The notes under the pieces are model-generated. The model was not told the origin of the DNA. It did not search any database and saw only the letters and a list, made by a program, of their open reading frames with translations. From Candidatus Saccharimonadales bacterium (lineage in GTDB: Bacteria; Patescibacteriota; Saccharimonadia; Saccharimonadales; 2-12-FULL-41-12), in NCBI GenBank assembly GCA_041600715.1, contig JBFIJM010000001.1:320387-384386 (forward strand): a stretch of DNA of 64,000 bases, read 5' to 3'. A program made the position numbers and the translations under genes. Numbering within the stretch: the first letter of the stretch is position 1; every line of letters begins with the position of its first letter. This document shows positions 46,251-55,150 of this stretch, piece by piece.

Positions 46251-46637
46251 TAGAATCTTAATATTCGAACAACCAATAAGCTCCCAAGTCTTTGCATGGA
46301 AGTATCGATAAAGCGCGACGTGGCGACTGCTTCAATTATATCGAGAGACCATATAATTCCCTCGAGGCCTCGTAAAATATATCTAGTTTTCTTGATCCGA
46401 CGAGGAAACTTCAACCCAGTCTATATACTCACGTGAACCAGTCATACAATTACAATAACTAATGACCATTGTCCAGGCAACTACTTGTCATGATATTAGT
46501 ATGCAAGTTATGTAATAATTATATGTTTTCTTTCTTGAATATGAGTGATGAAAAGTAAAACACTACGAAACAGTAAGTAGGTTATGACATTTATTATTTA
46601 AGCTGGTCAAGCATGCATTACAAGCTTATAGATATAG

Positions 46638-48623
46638 TCAATTTTTATAGACAAACCCAGCATTGCCTTGGTCAACATAATTACGAAAAGATGCTTTTGC
46701 CCCTGCTCGTTGCCCTTCATCGATTGTGTAAAAATGATCAGGATAAGTGTTGCTCCATAGCTGATAAAGTGGCGTTGTATCAGGCGACTGTGCGGTCAAC
46801 ACATAACCGATGATTCCTTGGTCAACATAATTACGAAAAGATGCTTTTGCCCCTGCTCGTTGCCCTTCATCGATTGTGTAAAAATGATCTGTTGAGTTAG
46901 TGGAATATAGTCTGTACAGTGGAGTACTCCCAGCGATGTGTTGCGAAGATACATAGCCTGCAATACCTTGAAACTCATATCGTTCATCTTCCCTAATCGA
47001 TTGACTACTTATATTTTTCTTTTCATTATCGTCGGTTGTATATAAATGATCAGACTTAGTAGCATTCCATAATTGATATAGAGGTTTTTTTATAATTGCT
47101 GGTTTTTGAGGTTTTGGTGCTGGGCAAACCTGTATTTCTTTAAAGGCACCCACTACTGGTTTGGGGGTATAGTTAGTCTTAAATGCACCAAAACGATACT
47201 CCTTCTCGCTATCATTTTGCAGTTGCTTATAATCTCGTCTGTCATGGTCAATTAGCTCATAATAGAACACATTTTTAAGGATAAAATCATGGGATAACAA
47301 GCTTGCATAGTTCCGTTTTGCAGTTGCTACTTGCTCTGCTTCATTTACTGCTCCGGTTACAGGATTCCCACGTGCATCACGGGCTGTAGTTGATCCTGTC
47401 TCGGTCACTGATATTTTTTTATCAACATCCCCGTTGTTTACCATGACCTGTCTTATTGAGTCTATGTACTGATTGTGATCATGACTAGGTTGTGGGTAAA
47501 AGTGCATACCAAGTACGTCAAAACTATCCTTGGCGCCTTGTTCATAGGTCGCTTGCAAGAAAGCTGGAGCGGATTGGTGACTATATGCCAAACCGGCGTA
47601 ATAAACTTTTGCCTTAGGATCTTCTTTTTTAATTTTAGGATAACTTGCCTTTAATATTTTTGCGTAAGATACCGGTCCTGTGTCAGCAGGCCAAGAGCTG
47701 TTAACCTCATTTAATACCTGGTAGGCTGATATCCTGCCTTTGAAATGACTCGACAAAAACTTCATATATTCAGCGTAAGCTTCAGCTCTGGGAGCGTACT
47801 TTGCATTTGGGTCTTTGGCCCATTCTGGAACATCTGATTGAGTTGCAAGAATATTAATCCCAGATGCTCGCAGTTTATTTACAAAATCGTCGTATCGCAT
47901 AAGTGCCTTTTTATCATAATCATTCTTAGATTTTGGCTGGATCTGAGGCCATACAATATTTATCCTCACCCAGCTTGCATCAGTTTGCTTAATGAGCTCA
48001 ATAGTTTTTGAGCGCTCAGCGTCAGTATTCCCACCAGATTCTATTACGTTGATTCCGACTGCACAGGCTGATACAGGAGGTTTAGGACTAGTAAAGAGAG
48101 ATTTTCCTATAAATTTAAAGCTATCTAACGAAATGTTTCGATCGCAAACTCCAGGTTTATGAAGGTCATTTCGGAAACTAACAGATAAATTATGCACTCC
48201 CTTGTCGAGACTAACCTTGGCACTGTATACCTTGTATGAGGCACTAGCTATCGCTTGATTTAATACAGGCTTGTCATCTACTAAGATGTTAAGCATGGGC
48301 GCTCCATCACATTGGCTTGCTTTGGCAAGAATATCCAGCTTAGTAACGCTCTCTTTTAGTGTAAAGCTACCTGTGCCATTAGTATTCCACTTGAGTTCTG
48401 CTACTTGATTTTTATTATCATTTACAATTACTGCCTTATCATATTTTAATTTTTCAGCCTGCACCACAAGATTGTATTGTTCAGCTGCGAAGCTTACAAA
48501 TAGAGAAGATATACCAACCAGGGCCATCGCAATAGTAAGAATTCCGGATTTTTTACGAGAGAATTTTTTGTAAGATAAAAGAAAATTTCTATTGCGATTA
48601 CTTGCTACTCTTGACTTCTTCAT
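46638..48623 (-). CDS. Secreted/anchored glycoside hydrolase (clan GH-A TIM barrel) with N-terminal CBM-like domain and three C-terminal DUF5648-like repeats
   Basis: 661 aa. Signal anchor ILTIAMALVGISSLFVSFAA, a beta-sandwich-like region, then a TIM barrel with YQVLNEVN (acid/base Glu) and VSVTETG (nucleophile Glu). The C-terminus has 3 repeats of about 50 aa (PLYxLWS...DHFYT..E....). Confidence 0.75.
   Translation of the reverse strand: MKKSRVASNRNRNFLLSYKKFSRKKSGILTIAMALVGISSLFVSFAAEQYNLVVQAEKLKYDKAVIVNDNKNQVAELKWNTNGTGSFTLKESVTKLDILAKASQCDGAPMLNILVDDKPVLNQAIASASYKVYSAKVSLDKGVHNLSVSFRNDLHKPGVCDRNISLDSFKFIGKSLFTSPKPPVSACAVGINVIESGGNTDAERSKTIELIKQTDASWVRINIVWPQIQPKSKNDYDKKALMRYDDFVNKLRASGINILATQSDVPEWAKDPNAKYAPRAEAYAEYMKFLSSHFKGRISAYQVLNEVNSSWPADTGPVSYAKILKASYPKIKKEDPKAKVYYAGLAYSHQSAPAFLQATYEQGAKDSFDVLGMHFYPQPSHDHNQYIDSIRQVMVNNGDVDKKISVTETGSTTARDARGNPVTGAVNEAEQVATAKRNYASLLSHDFILKNVFYYELIDHDRRDYKQLQNDSEKEYRFGAFKTNYTPKPVVGAFKEIQVCPAPKPQKPAIIKKPLYQLWNATKSDHLYTTDDNEKKNISSQSIREDERYEFQGIAGYVSSQHIAGSTPLYRLYSTNSTDHFYTIDEGQRAGAKASFRNYVDQGIIGYVLTAQSPDTTPLYQLWSNTYPDHFYTIDEGQRAGAKASFRNYVDQGNAGFVYKN
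46666..46889. repeat. Two perfect 74-bp direct repeats (46666-46739 and 46816-46889), 150-bp period, inside the hydrolase C-terminal repeats
   Basis: Identical strings read from the sequence. Both encode DHFYTIDEGQRAGAKASFRNYVDQG. Confidence 0.95.
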
Positions 48624-48721
48624 GTTTATGTTTGATATTAATATTTATTTTCTATTACTTGCTTATTATGATAATCACACAAGCATGATATAGTGTCAAT
48701 AGGCAACAGAAAAACTACTCG

Positions 48722-49306
48722 ATGAAAAATAAAAACATGCTATTGCAGTCACAGCTCCTACTTATTATCTCTTTTGTAGTCGCGATGGTGATCTTACTTA
48801 TACAATATAGCTCTCATGTATTACGGGTTCTTTTTGCGGGCTCTGAACCAAATGATTATTTAGTTGACCAAGTATTAACCCAAGCTATTTTTGAATTTTT
48901 ACAGCTATTAAGTAGTCTTCCTTACATGAACACGGTTATTCTTGGAATTATATGGATTCTAATCGCTATAATAGTTTATGTATCTTATCTATCGCTGGCT
49001 AACGCACTTATACTAGTGCGCAATGAAGTAGCTCTGGACTCTCAGGATTATAATCGTTCAAAACATTACATAATAAAGCATATGGGTATGAAAATTTTTG
49101 TATTATTTGTATTTTTCTCATTCGCTATTATAAGTTTCTTATGGCTTTTCCCAATGTGGAACAAATACGCTGGTTTATCTGCTAACACTGGTTTTGAACT
49201 TTCAAGTCTACACTATTTTATTCTTAGTTGGATTGGCTTAAGTTGGAATATATTTGTCCTAGCATTTGCATCAAAAATTACTTTTGCGTTTGAAAAAACC
49301 CTATAG
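48722..49306 (+). CDS. Hypothetical 4-5 TM membrane protein
   Basis: 194 aa, AT-rich, hydrophobic segments throughout. No family recognised. Confidence 0.55.
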   Translation: MKNKNMLLQSQLLLIISFVVAMVILLIQYSSHVLRVLFAGSEPNDYLVDQVLTQAIFEFLQLLSSLPYMNTVILGIIWILIAIIVYVSYLSLANALILVRNEVALDSQDYNRSKHYIIKHMGMKIFVLFVFFSFAIISFLWLFPMWNKYAGLSANTGFELSSLHYFILSWIGLSWNIFVLAFASKITFAFEKTL

Positions 49307-49475
49307 TTAACACCCCCTGTCTACCGCACCTATTCCAGGCTTTCAAACTAATTGACCGAGATCTGATTGCTATACTTAGGGTTAATATTGGCTTGGCGTA
49401 CATTTAGTGAATACTATATGTACACATGTACATTTTCTTACTAATCGGCACCCCGATGTCTGATAAGCTACTCCT

Positions 49476-49757
49476 ATGGTCTCTAAACAAGAAAATCCCA
49501 AGCTTCGTTTTTTTAAAGACAGTGAAGGTCGGGTAGTTTTATGGCAATGGCCCAACTTGCCACTCTATGGGTTATTGCTTACAAGCATCTTGTCACGAGT
49601 AATGAGCGGTTCGCAATATGTGCCTGGTATAAGATCTCTAGGAGATGCATTCTTATTTACATGGGCATTCTTAGAACTTACTCAGGGAGTCAATTACTTT
49701 CGAAGATCGCTTGGTCTAATAGTACTGTTACTGCTTATAGTCAGCTTTTTTAAATAA
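49476..49757 (+). CDS. Small conserved-looking membrane protein
   Basis: 93 aa. RVVLWQWPNLPL motif followed by 2-3 TM helices. Preferred over the overlapping ORF 49541..49753. Confidence 0.55.
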   Translation: MVSKQENPKLRFFKDSEGRVVLWQWPNLPLYGLLLTSILSRVMSGSQYVPGIRSLGDAFLFTWAFLELTQGVNYFRRSLGLIVLLLLIVSFFK

Positions 49758-49819
49758 TCCCTAAGCCAAGATAGACTCTTAGCTTAATCCTTTACTGGTC
49801 AAATTCAGTTGGCCTGATA

Positions 49820-50482
49820 CTAACGATTCTTTAATTTATATATTGCTATCTCGTATACTGCTTTTACATTACTAATGGACTCGCGTGCTGATTGCATCAT
49901 GTCAGAACTACGGCTGACTTTTAATTCTGCTGGATACCCGTAAGCTTCAACCCCAAGTGATCGGCATAAAAATATAGCTCTATCTAAATGACTTGGTTGA
50001 GATACAATAATCACTCGATCGACGTTGAATTCGTTCTTTGCTTGATAGCATGTAGCGAAGGTGTTATTCCCGCTAGTATCTTTAGTGATCATCCTTTCTG
50101 AAACGCCTGCTTTTGCTAGATACTTCATCATCGCGACAGGCTCATTATATGTTTTGTAAGGATGGTAGCCAGAAACGATAATACGATCGAGAAGCCCTTC
50201 ATTATATAGTTCCAATGTGGCGTCGAGTCGTTTTTTAAGAATAGGTCTTGGCTCGCCTTCTGGTGTTATACCACTACCTAAAACGACGGCTGTTGATGGC
50301 GGATTTGTATCTTTAGCCGTCAACTCAGATGAAGACCAGTAAACATATTGGTGATATCTATTCACTATGAAGTACGCTCCGGCAATAACGCCAGCAATAC
50401 TTAACATCCCTGCGATAATCAACAAAGTAAACATAGTCACAAAACTTCTCCCTACTGTACTAACTTTCTCGTCTTTACTCAT
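49820..50482 (-). CDS. sanA: SanA/YdcF (DUF218) family envelope protein
   Basis: N-terminal TM; SG..YNEPVAMMKYL..GV, IIVSQPSHLDRAIFLC matches the SanA pattern. Confidence 0.85.
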   Translation of the reverse strand: MSKDEKVSTVGRSFVTMFTLLIIAGMLSIAGVIAGAYFIVNRYHQYVYWSSSELTAKDTNPPSTAVVLGSGITPEGEPRPILKKRLDATLELYNEGLLDRIIVSGYHPYKTYNEPVAMMKYLAKAGVSERMITKDTSGNNTFATCYQAKNEFNVDRVIIVSQPSHLDRAIFLCRSLGVEAYGYPAELKVSRSSDMMQSARESISNVKAVYEIAIYKLKNR

Positions 50483-50608
50483 ATATATACTTTACAGCAA
50501 ATAAGTCTTGATCTAATCTCCTCATGGAGCATTTAATATTTTATCCTCTATTGAAAATTTACACACGGGTGTACTATATAACCATAATCAGTATGGAGAT
50601 ATATAGTT

Positions 50609-50812
50609 ATGACAAAACTTGAAAAGAACAATATTAAAGTGGTGAATAAAAACGGACCAGCTGGGGGTTTTTACTTTTTAACGTTTGTAGGTACACTTGT
50701 TTACTTTTTAAACAAAGCTGACGGAGTCGGCGAAATCTTGCTAGCATTCTTGCAAGCTATGGTGTGGCCGGCTCTGCTATTGCACCGAGTATTCCAAATG
50801 CTTCAGATCTAG
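50609..50812 (+). CDS. Small 2-TM membrane protein
   Basis: 67 aa; GGFYFLTFVGTLVYFL and LQAMVWPALLLHRVF helices. Confidence 0.55.
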   Translation: MTKLEKNNIKVVNKNGPAGGFYFLTFVGTLVYFLNKADGVGEILLAFLQAMVWPALLLHRVFQMLQI

Positions 50813-50821
50813 TACGTTTAT

Positions 50822-51610
50822 CTAATAAATATATATGAAGTTGCTCGCAGGAACAGTACGGGTGCTCACTACATAGAGCCCGCGGTAATTCATTTCACTT
50901 ATCGTAACCGTACCATTGCCGTTAACGCTTTCTACATACACTACATGCATTCCTTGCTGTCCAACAGCGCCAGCTCGCGGGGTTCTGCCCGTAGCAAGCC
51001 CTTGTGCCGCTGCTCGTGACGCCCAAGTGTTAGCATTACCAAGGTTGTTTGGCAGATCTGCCCGGCGATTTTTTACGTACCAAGTACAATAACCTGCCGT
51101 ATATGTATTACCAGATGATGATCCGCGGTATGTAACGGCCGCAGGACGAGGCTGCTTAACCTTAACATTGCTTGACCTAGCTACCTGCCTAGTAGCTGGC
51201 TGACTTTGCGCACGCGGTTGCTCAACAACTACTGGAGGTTCAGGTAGCGGACGAGACACTAACTTTTCTCCCTCAAGTGGGATTGTTACTTTTTCACCTA
51301 CATTTAAAACATCTGGGTTGGCAATGTGTAAGTTTTTATCGTACAAACGATTCCAAGTTGTTTCATATTGTTTTGCTATTGCGGTCAGACTTTCATTTTC
51401 CTGAACTATGTGCACCTTAGGTACAGCTTCTGGCTCTGGTTTAGCAGGCTCAACTTTTGTTTCTGTAGCGACAAGCATTGCTATCTCTACAGAACTGTTT
51501 AAAGGCCTATCTTGTACTAGTAAACTTTGTGATTCTGCACTTGCCGAGGCACTACCACTAACTGGCACTACCACACATGCAAACAGAACCGATAATACGG
51601 CTATACGCAT
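50822..51610 (-). CDS. Secreted LysM + CHAP domain peptidoglycan hydrolase
   Basis: Signal peptide MRIAVLSVLFACVVVPVSGSASA. LysM domain (HIVQENESLTAIAKQY...GEKVTIP), a Pro-rich linker, and a CHAP domain with Cys (GYCTWYV) and His (MHVVYVE). Start moved to ATG 51610, behind the SD GAGAGGGAG. Confidence 0.85.
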   Translation of the reverse strand: MRIAVLSVLFACVVVPVSGSASASAESQSLLVQDRPLNSSVEIAMLVATETKVEPAKPEPEAVPKVHIVQENESLTAIAKQYETTWNRLYDKNLHIANPDVLNVGEKVTIPLEGEKLVSRPLPEPPVVVEQPRAQSQPATRQVARSSNVKVKQPRPAAVTYRGSSSGNTYTAGYCTWYVKNRRADLPNNLGNANTWASRAAAQGLATGRTPRAGAVGQQGMHVVYVESVNGNGTVTISEMNYRGLYVVSTRTVPASNFIYIY

Positions 51611-51703
51611 ATTTAAAATCTCCCTCTCAATTGCGATTTTATGGAAGCAAAATATTAATTTGCTTCTTGTGCCTCCACGCTCAAACAGACGACACAAGGT
51701 TTA

Positions 51704-51731
51704 ATCCTACAGACATTTTTTTGAAAGTCAA
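51704..51731 (-). promoter_or_regulatory. Candidate sigma-70-type promoter for the LysM-CHAP gene
   Basis: Minus strand reads TTGACT-N16-TAGGAT, about 95 nt upstream of the start codon. Confidence 0.35.
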
Positions 51732-51965
51732 ATCATAAGAAGTTAATTAAGTGTGGATTATTTACATCATTTTTATACATTGCTTTTAAATAAACATACC
51801 TTTTGTGATATTTGCGGATACAATGTCGATCTAAAAGTTAGATAAATATTCATATAAGTACTAGCTCGAACAAAACTAAAATTTGATGAAAGTGCGTATG
51901 CCAAGCTTTCTTGGTATTATATGAGCTACTAAATAGTGCGACCTAAGATCGCTGAAAGTTTATCA

Positions 51966-52691
51966 ATGGAAAAACCTGCTCACAGACCGTACTCAAAGCG
52001 CATACTTGGGATCCTGGGCGGTGCAACGCTATTAATAATTATCGCTCATTTAGTATTGCAGTACCTTAACTTAGAAGTATTCTATCAACAGCAAGGACAG
52101 ATATACGAACTGTCTAACAGATTCGATCTAGATGACGAATCAAGTGTGCCAACGTGGTTTTCTCAGTTTACTATGCTTGGAATTAGCGTTCTCGCCTTGC
52201 TAACAGCGTATTTCCAGTCAGATCGTGGCAAACAACGACTTTGGGGCCTAATCGCCACTATCGGGCTTATAATGTCCATAGACGAGGTTGCTACGCTTCA
52301 TGAATACTTTCTGCAAACCTTGCACGTATTATTTTTTAAAGATGCTTCCTCTGGCTTACTAGCTAATGCTTGGGTGGTTGTAGCGCCATTTGTCTTATTA
52401 ATAGCAGGATTAATAGCATGGAAAATGTATATCTATCTACCCAAGCGTACCTTATTGCTATTCATAACAGCAGGCGTAACCTTTATGACGGGCGCTGTTG
52501 TGATAGATCTCATAACAAGTGTTAGTCCGAGAGAAATGTTCTTGAACCAAGGCATTTACGTAGCCATAGAGGAGTCTTTTGAATTGTTCGCAAATGTTCT
52601 GGTTATTTATACTATCGCCGATTATTTAGAGACAAACTATTATGACGCAATCAGTGGATCACTTAAAAAGCTAAAAGCATCCAAAAACTAA
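51966..52691 (+). CDS. Hypothetical polytopic membrane protein
   Basis: About 6 TM helices. ATG 51966 is preferred over GTG 51936. No family recognised. Confidence 0.6.
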   Translation: MEKPAHRPYSKRILGILGGATLLIIIAHLVLQYLNLEVFYQQQGQIYELSNRFDLDDESSVPTWFSQFTMLGISVLALLTAYFQSDRGKQRLWGLIATIGLIMSIDEVATLHEYFLQTLHVLFFKDASSGLLANAWVVVAPFVLLIAGLIAWKMYIYLPKRTLLLFITAGVTFMTGAVVIDLITSVSPREMFLNQGIYVAIEESFELFANVLVIYTIADYLETNYYDAISGSLKKLKASKN

Positions 52692-52762
52692 ATCCATAAA
52701 AATTCTTCTAAGTACGATATACTTATTAGGAGTACATTAAACTTAAAATAAACACACCTATC

Positions 52763-53485
52763 GTGAGCAAACATAAAACACGACGACTAAAATATACTAA
52801 TATACACCCCTCTAAACAGCTGGCTATTGCTGTTCTTCTACTTGTTCTTGCGACTGTCGCATCGAGAGGTGATGAAATGCGAGCCTGGGAAGTATTTGTG
52901 TTTCAGGCTATATACGGGTTGCATGACTCACTCTTTCCGATATTTTATATAGTTACCCAACTGGGAAGTATTTATATTTTAGGGATACTTCTTGCGTTAT
53001 ACATGATAAAAAGAAGCTATCATATCCTTTTACATGTAGTTATGAATGGTACACTGGCATATTTAATGGCTGGGTTCATGAAAGATATTTGGGGTCGTGC
53101 TCGTCCTGATGAGTTGCTTGCAGGAGTAGTACATCTCGATTATGCGAGGGGTGCTGGTTTTCCATCTGGCCATATGGCACTAGCTGTTGCCCTTGCACTT
53201 ACTGTCGGCCATTATGTCCCCAAAAAGTATCACTGGTTAATAGCCGTTTGGATTCTCGGTGTAGGCTTATCTCGAATCTATCTCGGGGTGCATGCACCTC
53301 TCGATATTATTGGTGGCTTTGCGATCGGCTGGGGGTCATACGCCCTGTTTCGCCACGTAAAACTTTATGATATTCATCGTCGATCAAAGAGCGATAAGCT
53401 GACTACAAAAACCACTGGTAAGAATTTCCAACGAAACGGTTCCAAGAAGCCACGTGTCAATCAACGAAAACTACGTACAAGTTAA
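52763..53485 (+). CDS. PAP2-family lipid phosphatase (undecaprenyl-diphosphatase-like)
   Basis: PAP2 motifs KDIWGRARP, PSGH and SRIYLGVHAPLD. GTG start. Confidence 0.85.
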   Translation: MSKHKTRRLKYTNIHPSKQLAIAVLLLVLATVASRGDEMRAWEVFVFQAIYGLHDSLFPIFYIVTQLGSIYILGILLALYMIKRSYHILLHVVMNGTLAYLMAGFMKDIWGRARPDELLAGVVHLDYARGAGFPSGHMALAVALALTVGHYVPKKYHWLIAVWILGVGLSRIYLGVHAPLDIIGGFAIGWGSYALFRHVKLYDIHRRSKSDKLTTKTTGKNFQRNGSKKPRVNQRKLRTS

Positions 53486-53872
53486 TTATCTACTATGAAC
53501 AAGTATAGTCTTGCGCTCAGAACTTTCTTCTTTGGATACAATGCTTCGCTCAACAGAGCTAACTAATATTGCAAATGAACCCGCTAATATACTTAATGTA
53601 TCTAGTGGCATCATGTTGTAGTTATATGTCTGATAAATAGTCCATGTTATAGCTAGCCCTGAAAGTATGTAGGCACTAGCTCTAAACCATAGTTGCCTAG
53701 GCGGTTTAGTAAGAATTTGAACCATAATTACTGACGCAAGTATAGCTCTTGTGATTTGGTGAACACTATCCCCAGAAGCCATCAAAAGAGCCTGATTACT
53801 GGGCATAATATAAAAACCGGCCAATAGAACAATAAGGCAAGCGAACGATGCTAGCTGAATAAGTCTACTCAT
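53486..53872 (-). CDS. Hypothetical 4-TM membrane protein
   Basis: Start moved to ATG 53872, which follows the strong SD GGGAGG. 128 aa. Confidence 0.55.
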   Translation of the reverse strand: MSRLIQLASFACLIVLLAGFYIMPSNQALLMASGDSVHQITRAILASVIMVQILTKPPRQLWFRASAYILSGLAITWTIYQTYNYNMMPLDTLSILAGSFAILVSSVERSIVSKEESSERKTILVHSR

Positions 53873-54057
53873 GTCATTTACCTCCCTAACTTTATGAATC
53901 GAAGTATATATTGTAGGAATTTCGTAGTATGTAAAATATGTTACGTAATTAATTTCAACCCATCCCATCTACCCGGTTTTACCTATGCTAACGACTTGTT
54001 GTCATGGACTACGGGTGATAGTGTAGATTTATATACGCTAGTAAATGGAGGGGAAAC

Positions 54058-55065
54058 ATGAAGAAAATACGCATGACCAGAAAAAAGATACTAGTAATTG
54101 CAATCATATTCTCGCTAGTAGCTGTCGCGGTCCTAATAATCCACAAAAACCCCAAGGAAGAAAAATCTTCTGAAACAAAACGGCAATACTTTTCTCAGTT
54201 AACTGGGCTTGAAGTATCTAAAGAAGACTCAGAACGTCCAATTCTAGGCATCATGGTAGAAAACTCAGAGGAAGCACGCCCGCAAACAGGGCTTGACTCA
54301 GCAGGGGTTGTATTCGAGGCAGTGACAGAAGGCGGAATAACAAGATATCTTGCTCTTTACCAGGAAGATCATCCAGAAATCGTTGGGCCAGCCCGAAGTA
54401 TACGTACGCATTTTCTTGACTGGCTCATGGGCTTCGACGCATCGATCGCTCATGTAGGTGGCAGTGCCGAAGCACTAGAACTTGCAGACACGCGGAACAC
54501 TCGTAGTTTAAATCAGTTCAAGTACGACGAACCGTATTACCGTGATCAAAGCCGTGAAGCACCACACAATATGTATGTACGCACAGAAGGTCTGAGGGAA
54601 CTGCAGGACGAACTTAAGCATAAGAAAAGCAATATGAGCACTATTCCAAGAAGCGATAATGTAGCATCGCCGACACCTGATGCAACAAATATAACTATTG
54701 AATACTCAGCCCCTATATTTGGTGTAGAATTTCGCTATGACCCGTCGACAAATACTTACGTTAGGTTTCTAGGTGGCGAACCTCATATCGATAAAGCAAC
54801 AGGCAAGCCAATTTCTGTTAAAAACTTAATAGTCTTAAAGACTGCCGTATCAGGAAGTAGTGTTCAAGCCCTAGGAAACGGCGAAGCTCTAGTATATAAG
54901 AATGGTACTGTGACAAAAGGCTCATGGATAAAACAGCGCTACGAAGATCGAATCGTATTAACAGACGAGCAAGATCTTGAGATACCTCTTAACCGTGGTG
55001 ATGCCTGGTTTGCTGTCACAGGTAACGACAAATCAGTTATTCACTCTGCTCAGCAAAATAATTAA
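54058..55065 (+). CDS. DUF3048-domain (YerB-like) extracytoplasmic protein
   Basis: N-terminal TM; ILGIMVENSEEARPQTGLDSAGVVFEAVTEGGITRYLALYQ is the DUF3048 core motif. Confidence 0.8.
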   Translation: MKKIRMTRKKILVIAIIFSLVAVAVLIIHKNPKEEKSSETKRQYFSQLTGLEVSKEDSERPILGIMVENSEEARPQTGLDSAGVVFEAVTEGGITRYLALYQEDHPEIVGPARSIRTHFLDWLMGFDASIAHVGGSAEALELADTRNTRSLNQFKYDEPYYRDQSREAPHNMYVRTEGLRELQDELKHKKSNMSTIPRSDNVASPTPDATNITIEYSAPIFGVEFRYDPSTNTYVRFLGGEPHIDKATGKPISVKNLIVLKTAVSGSSVQALGNGEALVYKNGTVTKGSWIKQRYEDRIVLTDEQDLEIPLNRGDAWFAVTGNDKSVIHSAQQNN

Positions 55066-55150
55066 CCCCCTTCAGACTCTTCTATTTACGTCGCATAATC
55101 AATCTAAAACATAACAATATATGTTATTATTTTTTAAGTAAATTACTCAG

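Noticed and set aside
46250-46432. A minus-strand frame of about 61 codons without stops, ending at the tRNA-end repeat; considered as a possible integrase remnant.
   Set aside because: The translation (..RYILRGLEGIIWSLDIIEAVATSRFIDTSMQRLGSLL..) shows no tyrosine- or serine-recombinase motif and has no start codon. An open frame of this length can arise by chance.
46666-46889. The 74-bp perfect direct repeats as a possible CRISPR-like or mobile-element repeat.
   Set aside because: There are only two copies, 150 bp (50 codons) apart, in frame within a protein repeat. There is no spacer or array architecture.
46613-46987. ORFs 46613..46813 (+) and 46796..46987 (-).
   Set aside because: Both fall inside the C-terminal repeat region of the 661-aa hydrolase, whose frame encodes conserved DHFYT-type repeats. 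They are shadow or alternate frames of repetitive DNA.
49541-49753. 70-aa ORF overlapping 49476..49757 in another frame.
   Set aside because: The 93-aa frame has clear TM helices and a conserved-looking N-terminal motif. The alternative frame is compositionally odd.
51611-51720. A c-di-AMP (ydaO-type) riboswitch upstream of the LysM-CHAP hydrolase.
   Set aside because: I looked for the conserved G/C-rich pseudo-symmetric core and found nothing resembling it. Only two generic hairpins are present.
53765-53775. An 11-mer, ACTATCCCCAG, shared with 46237..46247; considered as a possible third att-like copy.
   Set aside because: It lies inside a CDS and does not include the tRNA terminal GCCA. 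Hundreds of random 11-mer coincidences are expected among all pairs of positions in 64 kb.
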